NCBI RefSeq assembly: GCF_009914755.1
Contig: NC_060935.1
Strand: one strand, 5' to 3'
Source of the DNA: the human T2T-CHM13v2.0 reference genome, Homo sapiens
Length of the DNA stretch: 64,000 nt
The notes beneath the pieces were generated by a model, which ran no database searches, was not told where the DNA came from, and saw nothing but the letters and a program-made list of their open reading frames with translations. Position numbers and translations under genes: made by a program. Positions 52,116 to 64,000 of the stretch are shown piece after piece. Within the stretch, counting starts at the first letter, position 1. Each line of letters starts with the position of its first letter.

Positions 52116-53480
52116 CAAGTTTGGCATTCCATTCATTCAAAAAACCCACCGTTTTTAGATAACCCACTGACATGGTGAAGTAAGGACATTGTTAGGAAAA
52201 AGGCATGTAGGATGTGGAACATGAATCAAAAGAGAACTATCCTGGATGATCTCTTTGTTGTTAAGCCCAGTGATTGTCTGAGGGAGTGGGATTGGTGGGG
52301 ATCTCACTGAGTGCTGACTGTCCAGAACTCACTTTCTCATTGTGATCTGACTCCAGTTGTTCAAAAGCCGTTCCTTACTGGGAGAAGTCAGAGCATGGGA
52401 TATCCCTTGAGAGTATATGTGAAATGCATTACTTTGAAGAATTGGTTTTGGAACACTAAAGTGGATAATGGAAGCAGCTATTTCATTCTTACAGCTCTGG
52501 AGTAAAATGGCGATGATCTTTGGTCTACCCCAAAACTGTCTTAAATTTCGCTTGCTTTGGCTAACTCTGATAGGAAATAGCTATGGGAGAGTAGGAAGGG
52601 AATGGGGCTTAGAGCCCATAATTCAAACCCTACTACCACTTCTAGGTATGAGCTGTGTAACCCTGCACAGGTTACTTATCTCCGTTTTCTAGATTTTATG
52701 CGGTCCATTTGGCATGTCCTAAGCACCCAGTACATGTTCATTAATTATTTTTTCTCTTCTCACCAGGTCTGGTCTATGTCATGTTCATCTCTATCCTCAT
52801 TAGCGTGATAGTCTCTTTGAGATTATTTGATGACCAAATTAATGGGGCTGGAGTGTAACAGCTTAAGAGCAGGTACATTCTGAAGAGTGAGAATAAACTT
52901 TGTCTGTGTATTATTTACTGTTTAAGAAAAAAGAAAAAAACAGCCCTCATGGTGTTGATGGATTTTGGGTAATCAAGGGAGATTTGGAATATCCCTCTCT
53001 TTTCGACATGTGACAGCCTGTCTAGGTGAGGGCCAGGGTCACAATGATGGTTCTGATTGTTCCTCTCCAGGAGGGCCCCTGAACTTTGACATCATCTCCT
53101 AACGCAGTTCTGCCGGAGGCCTTCCTGTCAGAGCCTCCTGGGCCAGAATGGGCCTCTGTGGCGAGCCGGGCCTGTAACTGTTCCCACTCATAATGAGCAG
53201 AGCTGCTCCTGCAACCCGGCAGGAGCACCCGAGTGGGTGTGCATGCACATAATGGGCCCAGCTGCTGTGGCTGCAGCCTGTGAATGCCTTCCAAGAGGCC
53301 AGATGCCTGGACACATCTCTCAGCAGCTACTTTTCCTTTAAGGGGGATGCTAACTCCCTGGCGCTTATCCCTAGTACCTCTGACAAGGAAAGGAAATCCA
53401 TCCTGCCCTGAACAGCAGGGTGAGCACCTTCACCGGATTCAGTCTCATGCATCTCAGCAAGGGAGATGCTAGTATCTAAT

Positions 53481-53933
53481 TGTCTTAGTTTCCTAGGGCT
53501 GCCATAACACAATAGTGTAAACTAGGTGACCTAAAACAACAGGCATTTATTTTCTCACAGTTCTGGAGGTGAGAAGCTGGAGGTTGAGGGGTTGGCAGGG
53601 CCATGTTTTCTCAAGTCTTTAGGGGAGGATGTGTTCTGTGCCTTTCTCTTAAAGGCTACTGTGTTGCCATCAATGCTTGGCTTTCCTTATCTCACAGCTG
53701 TTAATTTCAGTCTCTAACTTTGTTGTCTCATGGTATTCTCTCCTAGGGTTGTCGTTGCATTATCTTCTTGTAAGGACAATTGTCATATTGAACTAAGGGA
53801 TCGCCCTACTCCAGTATGACCTTGACTGATCATATCTTCAATGACACCATCTCTGAATAAGGTCAAATTTGAGGTGTACTGAGGGTTAACACTTCAACAA
53901 ATCTTTTTGGGGCATGCAATTCAACCCATAACT
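53481..53933 (-). mobile_element. MLT1 (MLT1B/C-like) ERVL-MaLR solo LTR
   Basis: Starts 'tgtcttagtttcctagggctgccataac', contains 'tctcacagttctggagg', ends 'caattcaacccataac'. 5-bp TSD ctaat (53476-53480) / ctcat (53934-53938). Confidence 0.9.
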
Positions 53934-54124
53934 CTCATGTTGCATACATGGGTGCAGGTTTAAAGAGGATCAGTAATTTGGGTATGGTCACAATTAGGCA
54001 GTGTTGGGACCAGGATTGGAACTCAGGCCAGCCTGTCCAAAGCCACTTCTCTTTCTACTAAACTTTGGTGTGTCAGAATCACTTGGAGGGCTGATAAGAA
54101 AGACTGGGGCCCAGGCTTTATACC

Positions 54125-54277
54125 CTTGGTCCTCCACCTGTGGTCCATGGACCAACTGGCAACATCAGCATCACCTGAGAGCTTTTTTTGGAAATGCAGA
54201 GTCTCAGGTCCCACCACATACATATTTTTAACAAGATCCCCAGGTGATTTGGGTGTGCAGTCAGTTTGATGAAGCAC
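54125..54277. mobile_element. MER5A-like hAT-Charlie element
   Basis: 'tgtggtccatggacc...catcagcatcacctgaga...aaatgcaga..ctcagg...ttttaacaagatccccaggtgatt'. Confidence 0.8.
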
Positions 54278-54364
54278 CTGAATCGGGTATACGCTGCTTC
54301 TCAGTCCTGATTGCATATTAGATTGCTTGAGAACAGTAAAAGACAAAACACAAATAACAGTGAT

Positions 54365-54476
54365 GGCAGCCTTACCCCACGCCATTGAATCAGATCTCTG
54401 ATGAGGCACCGACGTTTATATTTTTTAAAAGCTGCCCAGATTATTCTGATTCACAGTATAAGTTGAGGACCACTGT
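54365..54476. mobile_element. MER5-like fragment
   Basis: 'ttgaatcagatctctg...ttttaaaagctgcccag..attctgat...gttgaggaccactg'. Confidence 0.6.
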
Positions 54477-54937
54477 GGGGCTGGAGGTCCTCATTTCTGG
54501 AATATCCAGACTTCAATATTGAGGTTGAGAATTCTTTTTGCACAGGTTCTTCTTTTTATTTCCACAGTAGTGCAGAAACTGGGCCAGGAGGGGGGCTAGT
54601 GTACGGAATTTATTTCAGAGAAGGCAGAATATTATATAGCAAAGGAGACCACAGTGCATTTTTTTTCTGACTTTACCTCTTACAGATACTAAGTGTTGGG
54701 TAGCAACCTATTTGTCCACCCCAGGAGCTTGGGAGAACATGAAAGGTGGTGTGGAGATAGCATATAGTGGGCAGTCAGTGCTTGTTGAATTAAATTGAAT
54801 AACAAAAACCATAGGAAATCAGCGTTGTTGGTCTCACTGAAACATATCATTTATAGAGATGCTATTGTGTTACTTTTGGGGTACAAGGAAGAGTTGCAGA
54901 AGACTGCACAGATGCTTACGATGTTTAGCAATTCTTA

Positions 54938-55233
<296 letters not shown>

Positions 55234-55323
55234 TTTAGCAATTCTTGTTATATCAATAAACATGGAAGAGTTATTGGAAGTTTTGAGAATAAAGTGGGAG
55301 CACCCCTTAATATCTACAGATGT

Positions 55324-55620
<297 letters not shown>

Positions 55621-57669
55621 CTACAGATGTATTTTCCGTTGTAGGTTTTGTGGTGAGGGGAAGCACTAGTATCCCAGATGGTGACCTCTTAACTTTTAAT
55701 TCTTCAACATAGACTTGAAGAAGGATGGTGATTGTGTTCAGACCATCTTGCCCTACTATTCCCTCAAACTCTGTCCCATCAGTCCTTCTCCTCTTAGCTG
55801 ATCTTTTGGACAATCACAGAATGTGGGGAAGGGGCTCATTTCAGTCTGGGGTCTTGATGTAGCATGCATTTGGTCCTCAGACTAGGGCTTTCACAGACGG
55901 TTGGCACCCTATCCAATGACAATTCTAGTGTCCTTTTCTCATTCCTGGACTTCTTGACGTTTGTGCTTTTGTACCCCCTGGTGTGCCACCCACCCCATCC
56001 CATCTGAAAATCCTTGGTACAGCCCTTAAGTCTTGGATGTGCATGCTGTCCCTCTCTTTTTTTTTTTTTAAACTAACCTTTCTTCCTCTTCCTGACTCCA
56101 CTAAGTAGTGGTTATCTTTAAGGTTTTATTTATCCCCTCTTTTTTGTAGGGGTTTCCTCCACTCTGCCAATTTTACTGTCCTATCTGTGCAGAGGATCAC
56201 CATTTCTCTTCCAAATGGTTGTCCCTTCATCACCAAAACATCCCATACATTGAAAATGGAATTCTCCAACTTCTCTTGTTTTCTGGCTTGCTTTTTTATG
56301 TCAGTGTATCCTATCTACTATTTTTCAAAGCCCCTTGTCTTTGAAACCTCCTATTTGATTTACCCTGTAGGGACTGATCAGTCCCTTACTCTTCCATTCT
56401 CCTTTGGGACATCTTTTGTATGTTCATTTTTCCTTTGGATAATTCTCATTATCCAAACTCTTAATTGCCTGATACCTGGATGAGTCTCTAGCTATGCTTT
56501 CCATCCCTGCAATGGAAATTAAACTTTTTATTAAAGCCGTTTGTGTAACATATCAACTCTACCTGTATTTCCACTTTTATGTTGCAGTACTGCCCTGGTG
56601 GCCTCAGCTCCAGCTACACTATTGTTTTTACCTTTCCCATAGTTGCCTCCTGCACACATGCTCTGTGGTTGGCCCCCGTTGCTGACTGCTGATTGGAGAT
56701 GACGTGTACCCATCCTCTAGACAGTCTGTGCTTTTCCTGTCTTTGGAGCTTCCAGTTCCACCCCCATCAGTTTTTTTCTGACCACTCCATCTTGCCTTAT
56801 TTCTCTCTCTTTCCTTTTGACTGGAAGAGTACTCATCTTTTCTAACATCTTTTCATAAACTGTTTTGATTTCACTTATATTGATTTTTAACGTATAATGT
56901 GCTGGTGTTCTATTTCCTCAGTTAGATCAGAAGGCCCCTAAAGACAGGGCTCCATTGGTGTTAAACTGCCATCTTCAAGGTCTGGGACTTGATTTCTCTT
57001 TTTTTACCTCCACAACAAGGCACTCCTCTGCACCCAGTCGGAATTCAGTGCCTGTGGTCAAGTAAATGCATGAAGGAAGTTGGAACCCGTGGTGGGTATG
57101 TTTATTTAAATGTGTAAACCAAGAATGCCTTATGGTGTGTATGCCAGAAGTGAAGTTCTCATCTGTAATTACCAATGAAGAAAACACCTTGTATTTACGG
57201 TTGAGTTTGGCACCAAATCAGCACTGGTCTTTCCTTCCATGGTACAAATGTTGTAAAACTCTGAATGCTGCGTTTCCATAAAAGGAGCATGCATTTCTGT
57301 GGAGGTGGTGATTGATGTTGGATGCCTTTAGGCGGTGCCATCCTACTCATGAGGGAAGCAGTGCTGTTCTAGGCTCAGTCCACGAATTGGTTTGCCTTTT
57401 CTCCTTTCCCAACTCTGCCACCTGGAAAACAAAACAAAAGCAACAACAAAACCCCCCCCAGGCATTCTGCCTGCTGGCACCCTGTTAGAATAAAAAGATT
57501 AGAACACTTGGTATCTGTTCACTCACTCAGGTGAAGTTTGAGATGTCCTACTGGGCTTTTCTATCTGTAGACCCATGAAAATCTCATTGAAGAGGTGTTG
57601 TGGAAACATGAGAAATACATGTTTATCATCATTTGTTTGTTTATTTACCTACCTGTCTACCAAATTAGA

Positions 57670-58250
57670 AAAGTTCCAGGCGTTTATCTCAGTGTTTTAC
57701 AAATATTAACTTGTTTAATTTAAATTTCATAACCACCCTGAGAATTGAGTGGTATGTTTTCATTATCCCACTTCACAGATAAGGAATCTGGGCACAGAGC
57801 ACTGAAGGCGCTTGTTAATAGTCACATGCAATCTTTTTCCTATTTCTTGGCTTCCAGTAATTTTTCAGGTAACTAAATGCCTGTGATTCCCAATTAGGTG
57901 TCGAGTTCTATGGCTTTTATTTCTATAAATCATTCTGGTTTCTTTTTATGGTCATGGCTGTACTTGTGTTTCCCTCTGAAATTGGCAGAAGATGAGTGTG
58001 TGTGTGTCAGCGTTTTTAACACCCACTAAAAATAAATCTCCTACAGTGCTTTACAGTTTATAATTGCTTTTTCAGATATTATCTTCCTTAGTCCAGCAAT
58101 GCTGGTAAGAAGAGTTATTATTTATTTCCATTTAACAAATGAAGTAAGTGGCTTAGAGAGGTTAAGAGACTGAACATATCCTTAATGTGATTAGTACCTT
58201 GGAATTTGAACCCAAGTCCTCTTAATCCTTTGCTCTTCCAAGCTGTTACG
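57670..58250 (-). mobile_element. Two MIR fragments (about 57670-57830 and 58040-58250)
   Basis: 'cccacttcacagataaggaatctgggcacagag'; 'ccatttaacaaatgaagtaagtggcttagagaggttaag...ggaatttgaacccaagtc'. Confidence 0.68.
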
Positions 58251-58859
58251 CTGCTTGTAAATTGGGAAACCCTATAGTCTGTTTTTCTTGAAGTTCTTTG
58301 TTTTTCTAACCTCCGTCAAAATAATGTAGTGTTTTGCTTTTTTTTAAACTTATATCCCAAGCCTGTATGGTAGAAGATGTGAAAGTAGGGGGGTTGAGAA
58401 TGCAGTTTTTTTGAAAGAGAGGAGTTTATCAGATGCCACAAGAAATACTTTTTTCTGTTTTTCTTTGATAGCAAAAGAGTAAAAATTTTGCAAGGCTTTT
58501 CTTGATATTTTTGGAGTCCAGGGGAATAAGTGCATAATGGTAATAATTAAATACAGTTTCCAGTAAGGGAGTTTTCTCAGGTTTAGCTGCACAGGCTTAG
58601 AAAGTTGGGTGAGAGAAGGCTTTGAGGAGAGATTAGAAGTTGGAGAGCCCATCTGTCGTGCCAGTATACAAAAATGTCCGTGGATGATGACTGCTTGCAC
58701 CTCCAGAGCTAGTCTCCTCTAGGAAAAATCAACAGTCACCAGTGCAGGAGAATGAATGAGTCAGAGCTCTGGGTCCTGAGCCGGTTTTACCTCTTAGCTT
58801 TGTGATCTTGCATAAATTATCCAAAGGATCTGGACTGCAGTTTAGTTCAGTGTAGCAAG

Positions 58860-59050
58860 CTTTGATCAAACAGCTATGTGCCAGGTACTGTGGTAGGTGC
58901 TCTGGAGAGAAATACAAATTAGATAAGGCTTCTGCTCTTGGATAGTTCTCATACCAGCTGGGGAGACTGACAGGAAACACAGCGATGGTTCCTGCTGTGT
59001 TAGAGATACGTTCAGAGGGCTGATAAGGGAGGGGGACGCAAAGCATATCA
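58860..59050 (-). mobile_element. L2 3' fragment
   Basis: 'ctatgtgccaggtactgtggtaggtgctctggaga'. Confidence 0.55.
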
Positions 59051-59954
59051 ATCAGGGAATTCTACTAAGGTGCTGATTCAAGGTCAGCTTCCCTCCTCCT
59101 GACCGCTGTACTTAGCACAGCACGTAGAGGGGACTGTAGGGAATGCAATGAAAGTGAATGGTGACAAAAAAATGAAAAAGAGCCTCAAGGCAGGAGCCAT
59201 GGTTTTCTCCTCTGGGGTGGGAATTTTCTTCAATCTGGGAATACTGTGGTGGGGCCTCTCATCTTCCTTTCCTCCCATCTCTGCCCCCAAGCACCATGTC
59301 TTTTTCCTAGCACAAGGCTAGTCTCATAGATTTCTAAGAGTCCTATATAGCTGTCTTTATCTTAGGCACTAGCCTAAGTACCCCTTGTGAATGGGGTTGG
59401 TTGCATCTTTGTGTTCTCAGTGTCAGCACCATGCCTGGCACAGAATTGGTGGTTTAAAAATTCTGTTGAATGCATGGATGGATGGGGATTGCTGGAAGCA
59501 CAGCCTGGAAGGAGCAGAGGAAGGAGAGATTGAAACAAGAAGAGTGAGATGTCCCTGGGCAATGGCTGATGAAATTTAACCCAGGCAGGGAGGGGCTTGG
59601 GCTGAAAGCCTTATTAAAAAGCTGCCATCTGCAAAGCAAGAATTTAACTCCTTGGTTTCACAAGAAAAGAGTAAGTGTAGCCTAGAAATTGGGGCTGGAT
59701 TTGAAAATTAGCCCCAATTCTGCAATTTTCACCGCAATAAAAGCTTCTCCAGTTATACATGGTGATTGGTCTTGATGGGCTATTGTGGACAGAGGAGGGT
59801 GCTAGGTTGGGGTGGACGGGGCCACAGCTCAGACTAAAAATCCCCTTTTCTCTCTTCATGAGCTTGGCTGCAGATGTAGAAACTAGAGCTAACAGCAGTT
59901 TTACCTCATCTTAAAGAAAAGTAGTAAATTAATGGAGGCTTTAATTAATTGCTG

Positions 59955-60165
59955 TGGTCTGTTGAGTACTTACTATAGGCTAAGGGCTGTAGGGAACACT
60001 TTAATTCACTGAATAATGTCAGTAACTCTGTGAAATAGATATTAGTGACCTATTTTGCAGATGCACAAACTGAAGCTCAAAGGGGTTTTCACAGATAGTG
60101 CAATACTAAGTTGGAGCCTTGGTTTGAACCTGAGCGTGTCTGCTTCCAAAGCCCATGCTCTTAGG
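59955..60165 (-). mobile_element. MIR
   Basis: 'ctattttgcagatgcacaaactgaagctca...ggtttgaacctgag..tgtctgcttccaaagcccatgctctt'. Confidence 0.75.
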
Positions 60166-60492
60166 TGGATTTTCAGTGATGCCAGAAGATGGTTGGACTT
60201 GCCTGAAGATGTTTATGTGCATTGTCGCCACAGAGTCAAACCAAGAATTGTATGGTTGTATTTCATTCAGAATCATAACATGCTTAATCCAGATGATGCC
60301 TCAGATGATGAAGGTGGGTTGCCCACAGGCTGTATTGATTGGTGATTCTTAAGAGTGTAAAAAAAGGAAATCACTTGATTTTGTTGTGGGGAGGCAGAAT
60401 GTATCACACAATAGCTTGGTTGAGTTTGGCTTAATGTAGATATGTTTAATATAATTAGACTGAGGGCTGAAATGGGCACCTTCAGGTCACTG

Positions 60493-60529
60493 TGGAATGA
60501 GACAGAGCCCTCACTAGATTTTTGAGTCA
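60493..60529. promoter_or_regulatory. Candidate intronic enhancer module: MCAT (TGGAATG) + AP-1 (TGAGTCA)
   Basis: Motifs at 60493-60499 and 60523-60529. Motif evidence only. Confidence 0.35.
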
Positions 60530-61194
60530 CTTGAGGTGGTTATGCCAAGCCCTGTTCACATTTCACACTTGAGTTTAAGTATTTGTGAAGGGAATATAGA
60601 TCTTTGGTTTGAACTAGATATAGCTCAAAGGTTACCCATTCAGAACAGAGCATTTCAGCCTCAGGGCACCTACTTAGCCTCTAAGATGAGACCACATCTG
60701 AACCAGCCAAGTCAGCCTGGGATGAGGTTGGAGGAGAAAAATTCATGTGATAAGTCAGATTACAATTAACTTTTTTGTTATTACTTTTTGAGTGACCACA
60801 ATGTGTGTGGGACTTCGAAATATGGAATAATGATGGGTTTTATTATTTCTTTTTGAGAAAAATCCAGTCACTTTTTTTTTAACCCGAGGAAGTTGAATCC
60901 TGAAGAAGGGGAGATTTATCTCTGCCCTTTGAACTTAAAGCCCATAAAGTAAAATATATAGTTTAAAACAATTACATGTTCCCCCCATCTCACCGCCGCC
61001 CGACCCTTCACAGATAGTGTTTGACAAAACACTATTTAGGAAAGTGCCTGACTGGTGGTGGAGGGGCCTTGCTTCCTGTGAATCTGCATTCCCTGTGCCA
61101 CTTGCTTCCTTCCCTGAGAGGTTCTGGTGGCCAGGTGTTATGAATCCAGGTCAAGATGAAGAAAACACACTTTTGTCATTTCTTCAGGCATGTG

Positions 61195-61300
61195 GCCGAC
61201 CCGACCGGGTCTCAGGTATTCCAGATATGAGCGATGTGCCGATTGCGCAAGGCTGGAAGCATTGCTCACTCGGAGATACCGAGGCCTGCTTGCCCCGAGC
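61195..61300. promoter_or_regulatory. CpG-retaining candidate enhancer with C/EBP palindrome TTGCGCAA
   Basis: Nine CpGs in about 105 bp of non-Alu sequence. TTGCGCAA at 61243-61250. Confidence 0.45.
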
Positions 61301-62036
61301 CCTTTGTTCTCCTGGTTGAAAGCAGTTAATTAGCAACTGTCTCCATAGCAACACCCTCATAGTCCAAAAACATTGTCTAGTTTTTCAGTTTAGCTTATCA
61401 CACTGTTTACCTGAAGGGCTTTTCACTGCTCTGAGTCTCATTTGAGTTGGCGGCATGCCTGTTGGGGAAGTGAATTGTCAAGATAGAAAAAAACACCATG
61501 GTAGCAAGAAGCCGAGGAGACTTCTCTCTACCCAGCCCAACCCGGGCCCTGGATTCTGGGAAAACAGAAGTTGCGCCTGCCTAACATTTTCACCTGTATT
61601 TTTTTTTTTTGTTTTGCCATAAAACTGCTGTTCTCTCCACCAAGCCCTGAATTGTGAGGATTTTTCCCCCCTTTCCCCGAGAGGCTTTCTAAGCTCTTTA
61701 ATATTCCCTGTTTATAGTACATTTCCATGATTAGTCATCTTGAAACCCCGAGTGTTCTCAGCCCCTGTACATTCGAGGAAATTTTGCTTCCCTGAGGGTC
61801 TTGGCATTTGCAAAGGCCCTTGGATGAAGGATTATGAGTCTGAATGTGAATTAGTCAGAGCAGCTTTGTTTTTAGGCATAATGAGGAAAGGCTTCTCTTT
61901 CTTGGTTTAAGTTCATTGTTTGTGGGAAGAAGGCAACTTCAGGTGGCTTGTTGGTAAAATAGGAAAGGAAACTGTAGCTTTTTTATAAGCCATGCAATGA
62001 AGATAATTTTCATAGCTTTCATGGACTGAGTGCAGT

Positions 62037-62120
62037 CTGTGTGGCCCTCCATGCCAGCTGTGTGGCCCTCTGTGCCTGCTGTGTGGCTCATGGCGCCAGC
62101 TGTGTGGCTCTCCGTGCTGG
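62037..62120. repeat. Imperfect tandem repeat, 4 x 21 bp
   Basis: ctgtgtggccctccatgccag / ctgtgtggccctctgtgcctg / ctgtgtggctcatggcgccag / ctgtgtggctctccgtgctgg. Confidence 0.92.
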
Positions 62121-64000
62121 GACGCTTAGGAGCTTTTTATCTCACATCTGCAATGGGAAGACAGGAGGCAGATGGGAAAGAAGACTGCATTTCCTGAATG
62201 CCTACCACATTTCAGTTGCTGAGCCAGACTTTCACAAAATGAGGTCTCCTGTATCCTTCACAGCAAACCTGCTAACGAGGCCCTATTAAGTATTTTAAAG
62301 ATGGGAAACTGGGGTTCCAAGGAGTCGTTGCCTGCCCAAGGTTGTGGAATTCTAATCTAGACCTGTTGGTTTATAGGACGCCAACACTTGTCCTGAAGCA
62401 GCGTTGTGGATTTGGTGGTGGAGTTAGGCGGTACGTATCACAGATTGCAGGGCTCTGGGAGACTTTTGCCAAGGAGGTTAGTTAGAATTTGGTGGTGTAC
62501 ATGTGTAATTAGATGCCTAAGTATGTCTCAGGAAATCATGAAGCTTAGGTCCAGTGATAAAATAGTAGAATTTAATTTTGAGGCACGTGTGCCAGAGCTT
62601 ATTTACCCAAACAAATGTAATTCTCTTTGAAGTATTAACTTGGAAAGACTGTGCTTTGTGATATTTCCATTCTTCAGACCTTTTTAAGGAAACTTTATGG
62701 GAGCAAGTGCTTTCCCAGCTTGCAAAATACGGCTTTGAATGCATTCAGCAGACCATTCTTGAGCATTGAACTCCCCTTAATATGGGCAGAGAAGTATGGC
62801 TTTTCCCTAGCGGTGGTCCCTGGGACCTAGCATGGGTTCACCAAGAACGAGCCACCCCAGGCTAGCTTCGCTTCTTTCTCTGAAAACCTTATTAAGCAGA
62901 AAACTATAGTTTATACAATGCATAAATGAGACCTTTGATCTGCTTTTTAATTTTATCTACTGTGTTGAAAACAGAGACATAGTCTGAGCTGAATGCAAGA
63001 ACTATGGTCTGAACTGCCCCTTAGTTAATACCTAAGAGTGACAAACATGTGTTGTAATGGGAGATCAGTACTATGTGATTTTTGTTGACTGTGCGATCAC
63101 AGTAAGTTTGTGATGTGGCTTCTGCAGAAGCGAGTGTTACCTCGGAGTGTGCAGATAGAGGAGGATGCATACCATGTTAGAACACACTTGGAGCCAGGGG
63201 TTCTGTTTTCCTTCCTTCGCTCCCTGCCTCTCTCCACTATACTGTATGCCAGGTACCTTTCTATGTGTTGGGATGCAAAGGTGGACAAAAGAAAGCCCCT
63301 TTAGAGAGAACGTAAAAACTAGGGTTTCTTCAGAGGGCAGCACCCCAGATGATAAAGAGAAGAAACCACATGTCACACAAAATCATTCAAAGGATGGGGT
63401 GGATGTGGGAGTGGTAGTATTTGCCCTGACTTAGAAAAGACTCTGCAGAGACATGGGTGAAGAAGCAGCACATTTGTCCAGTAGACTCTAGTTATAATCT
63501 TAAAAGGCAGTCACATTTTGGCTCAATTATAAAAAAGATATTCTTCACAGTCCTGCAAAGGTGGACTGGGCTTCTGCTTTAGGATATAGCGAGAAGTATT
63601 GAAGCAGGGATCAAAAGACCATTTGGTGGCTTACTGTGAAGGTCAACAATATAATGAATCTCCTTTAAAATTTCCAGTCATGAAAATTGTATAAGTGAGC
63701 AGGCATGTCATCTGCCTGCAAGACACATGCTAGTAATGAAGGAAGATGTATATCACAATGAACATGCCTGCTTTATATTGTTTATTTATTTCTTTGGGGG
63801 CAGCTGAATATGATCAATTTAGAGATGTTAGAACATTTGTAACTATAGTTTGTGAGATGGGCAATTTTAACTGCAGGAAGTCTTCAGAATCACAGCACAG
63901 GTTCAATTCACTGTGGTTGTTATGTCATAATTATATATTGTGGATGTCTAATTCCTTTTCAAACCTAGAAGTAAAGATCATGTAACATATCCTAGCCAAT

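Noticed and set aside
62037-62120. CRISPR-like array
   Set aside because: Contiguous tandem units without unique spacers, in eukaryotic intron DNA with no cas genes.

Overview
This is primate (very probably human) genomic DNA from the TEAD1 (TEF-1) locus, transcribed on the + strand. The only supportable protein-coding sequence is one 256-nt exon (22675-22930) with 54 nt of 5' leader, the non-AUG (ATT) start codon and the first 202 coding nt, which include the N-terminal half of the TEA DNA-binding domain. The rest is intron (more than 22 kb upstream, more than 41 kb downstream). It is filled with Alu, L1, L2, MIR, MLT1 and hAT/mariner relics, simple repeats and repeat-poor, enhancer-like stretches. 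I found no RNA gene, CRISPR array, intact mobile element or convincing new multi-gene system, and nearly all tracked ORFs look spurious. The best leads are: a UUG/AUU/AUG start ladder with a downstream hairpin; a cryptic 5' splice site directly followed by (UG)18; a 33-bp templated duplication fused to a perfect hairpin; two MCAT+AP-1 composite sites (possible TEAD1 autoregulation); and a CpG-retaining patch with a perfect C/EBP palindrome. Repeat subfamily names are by eye and boundaries of old repeats are approximate.
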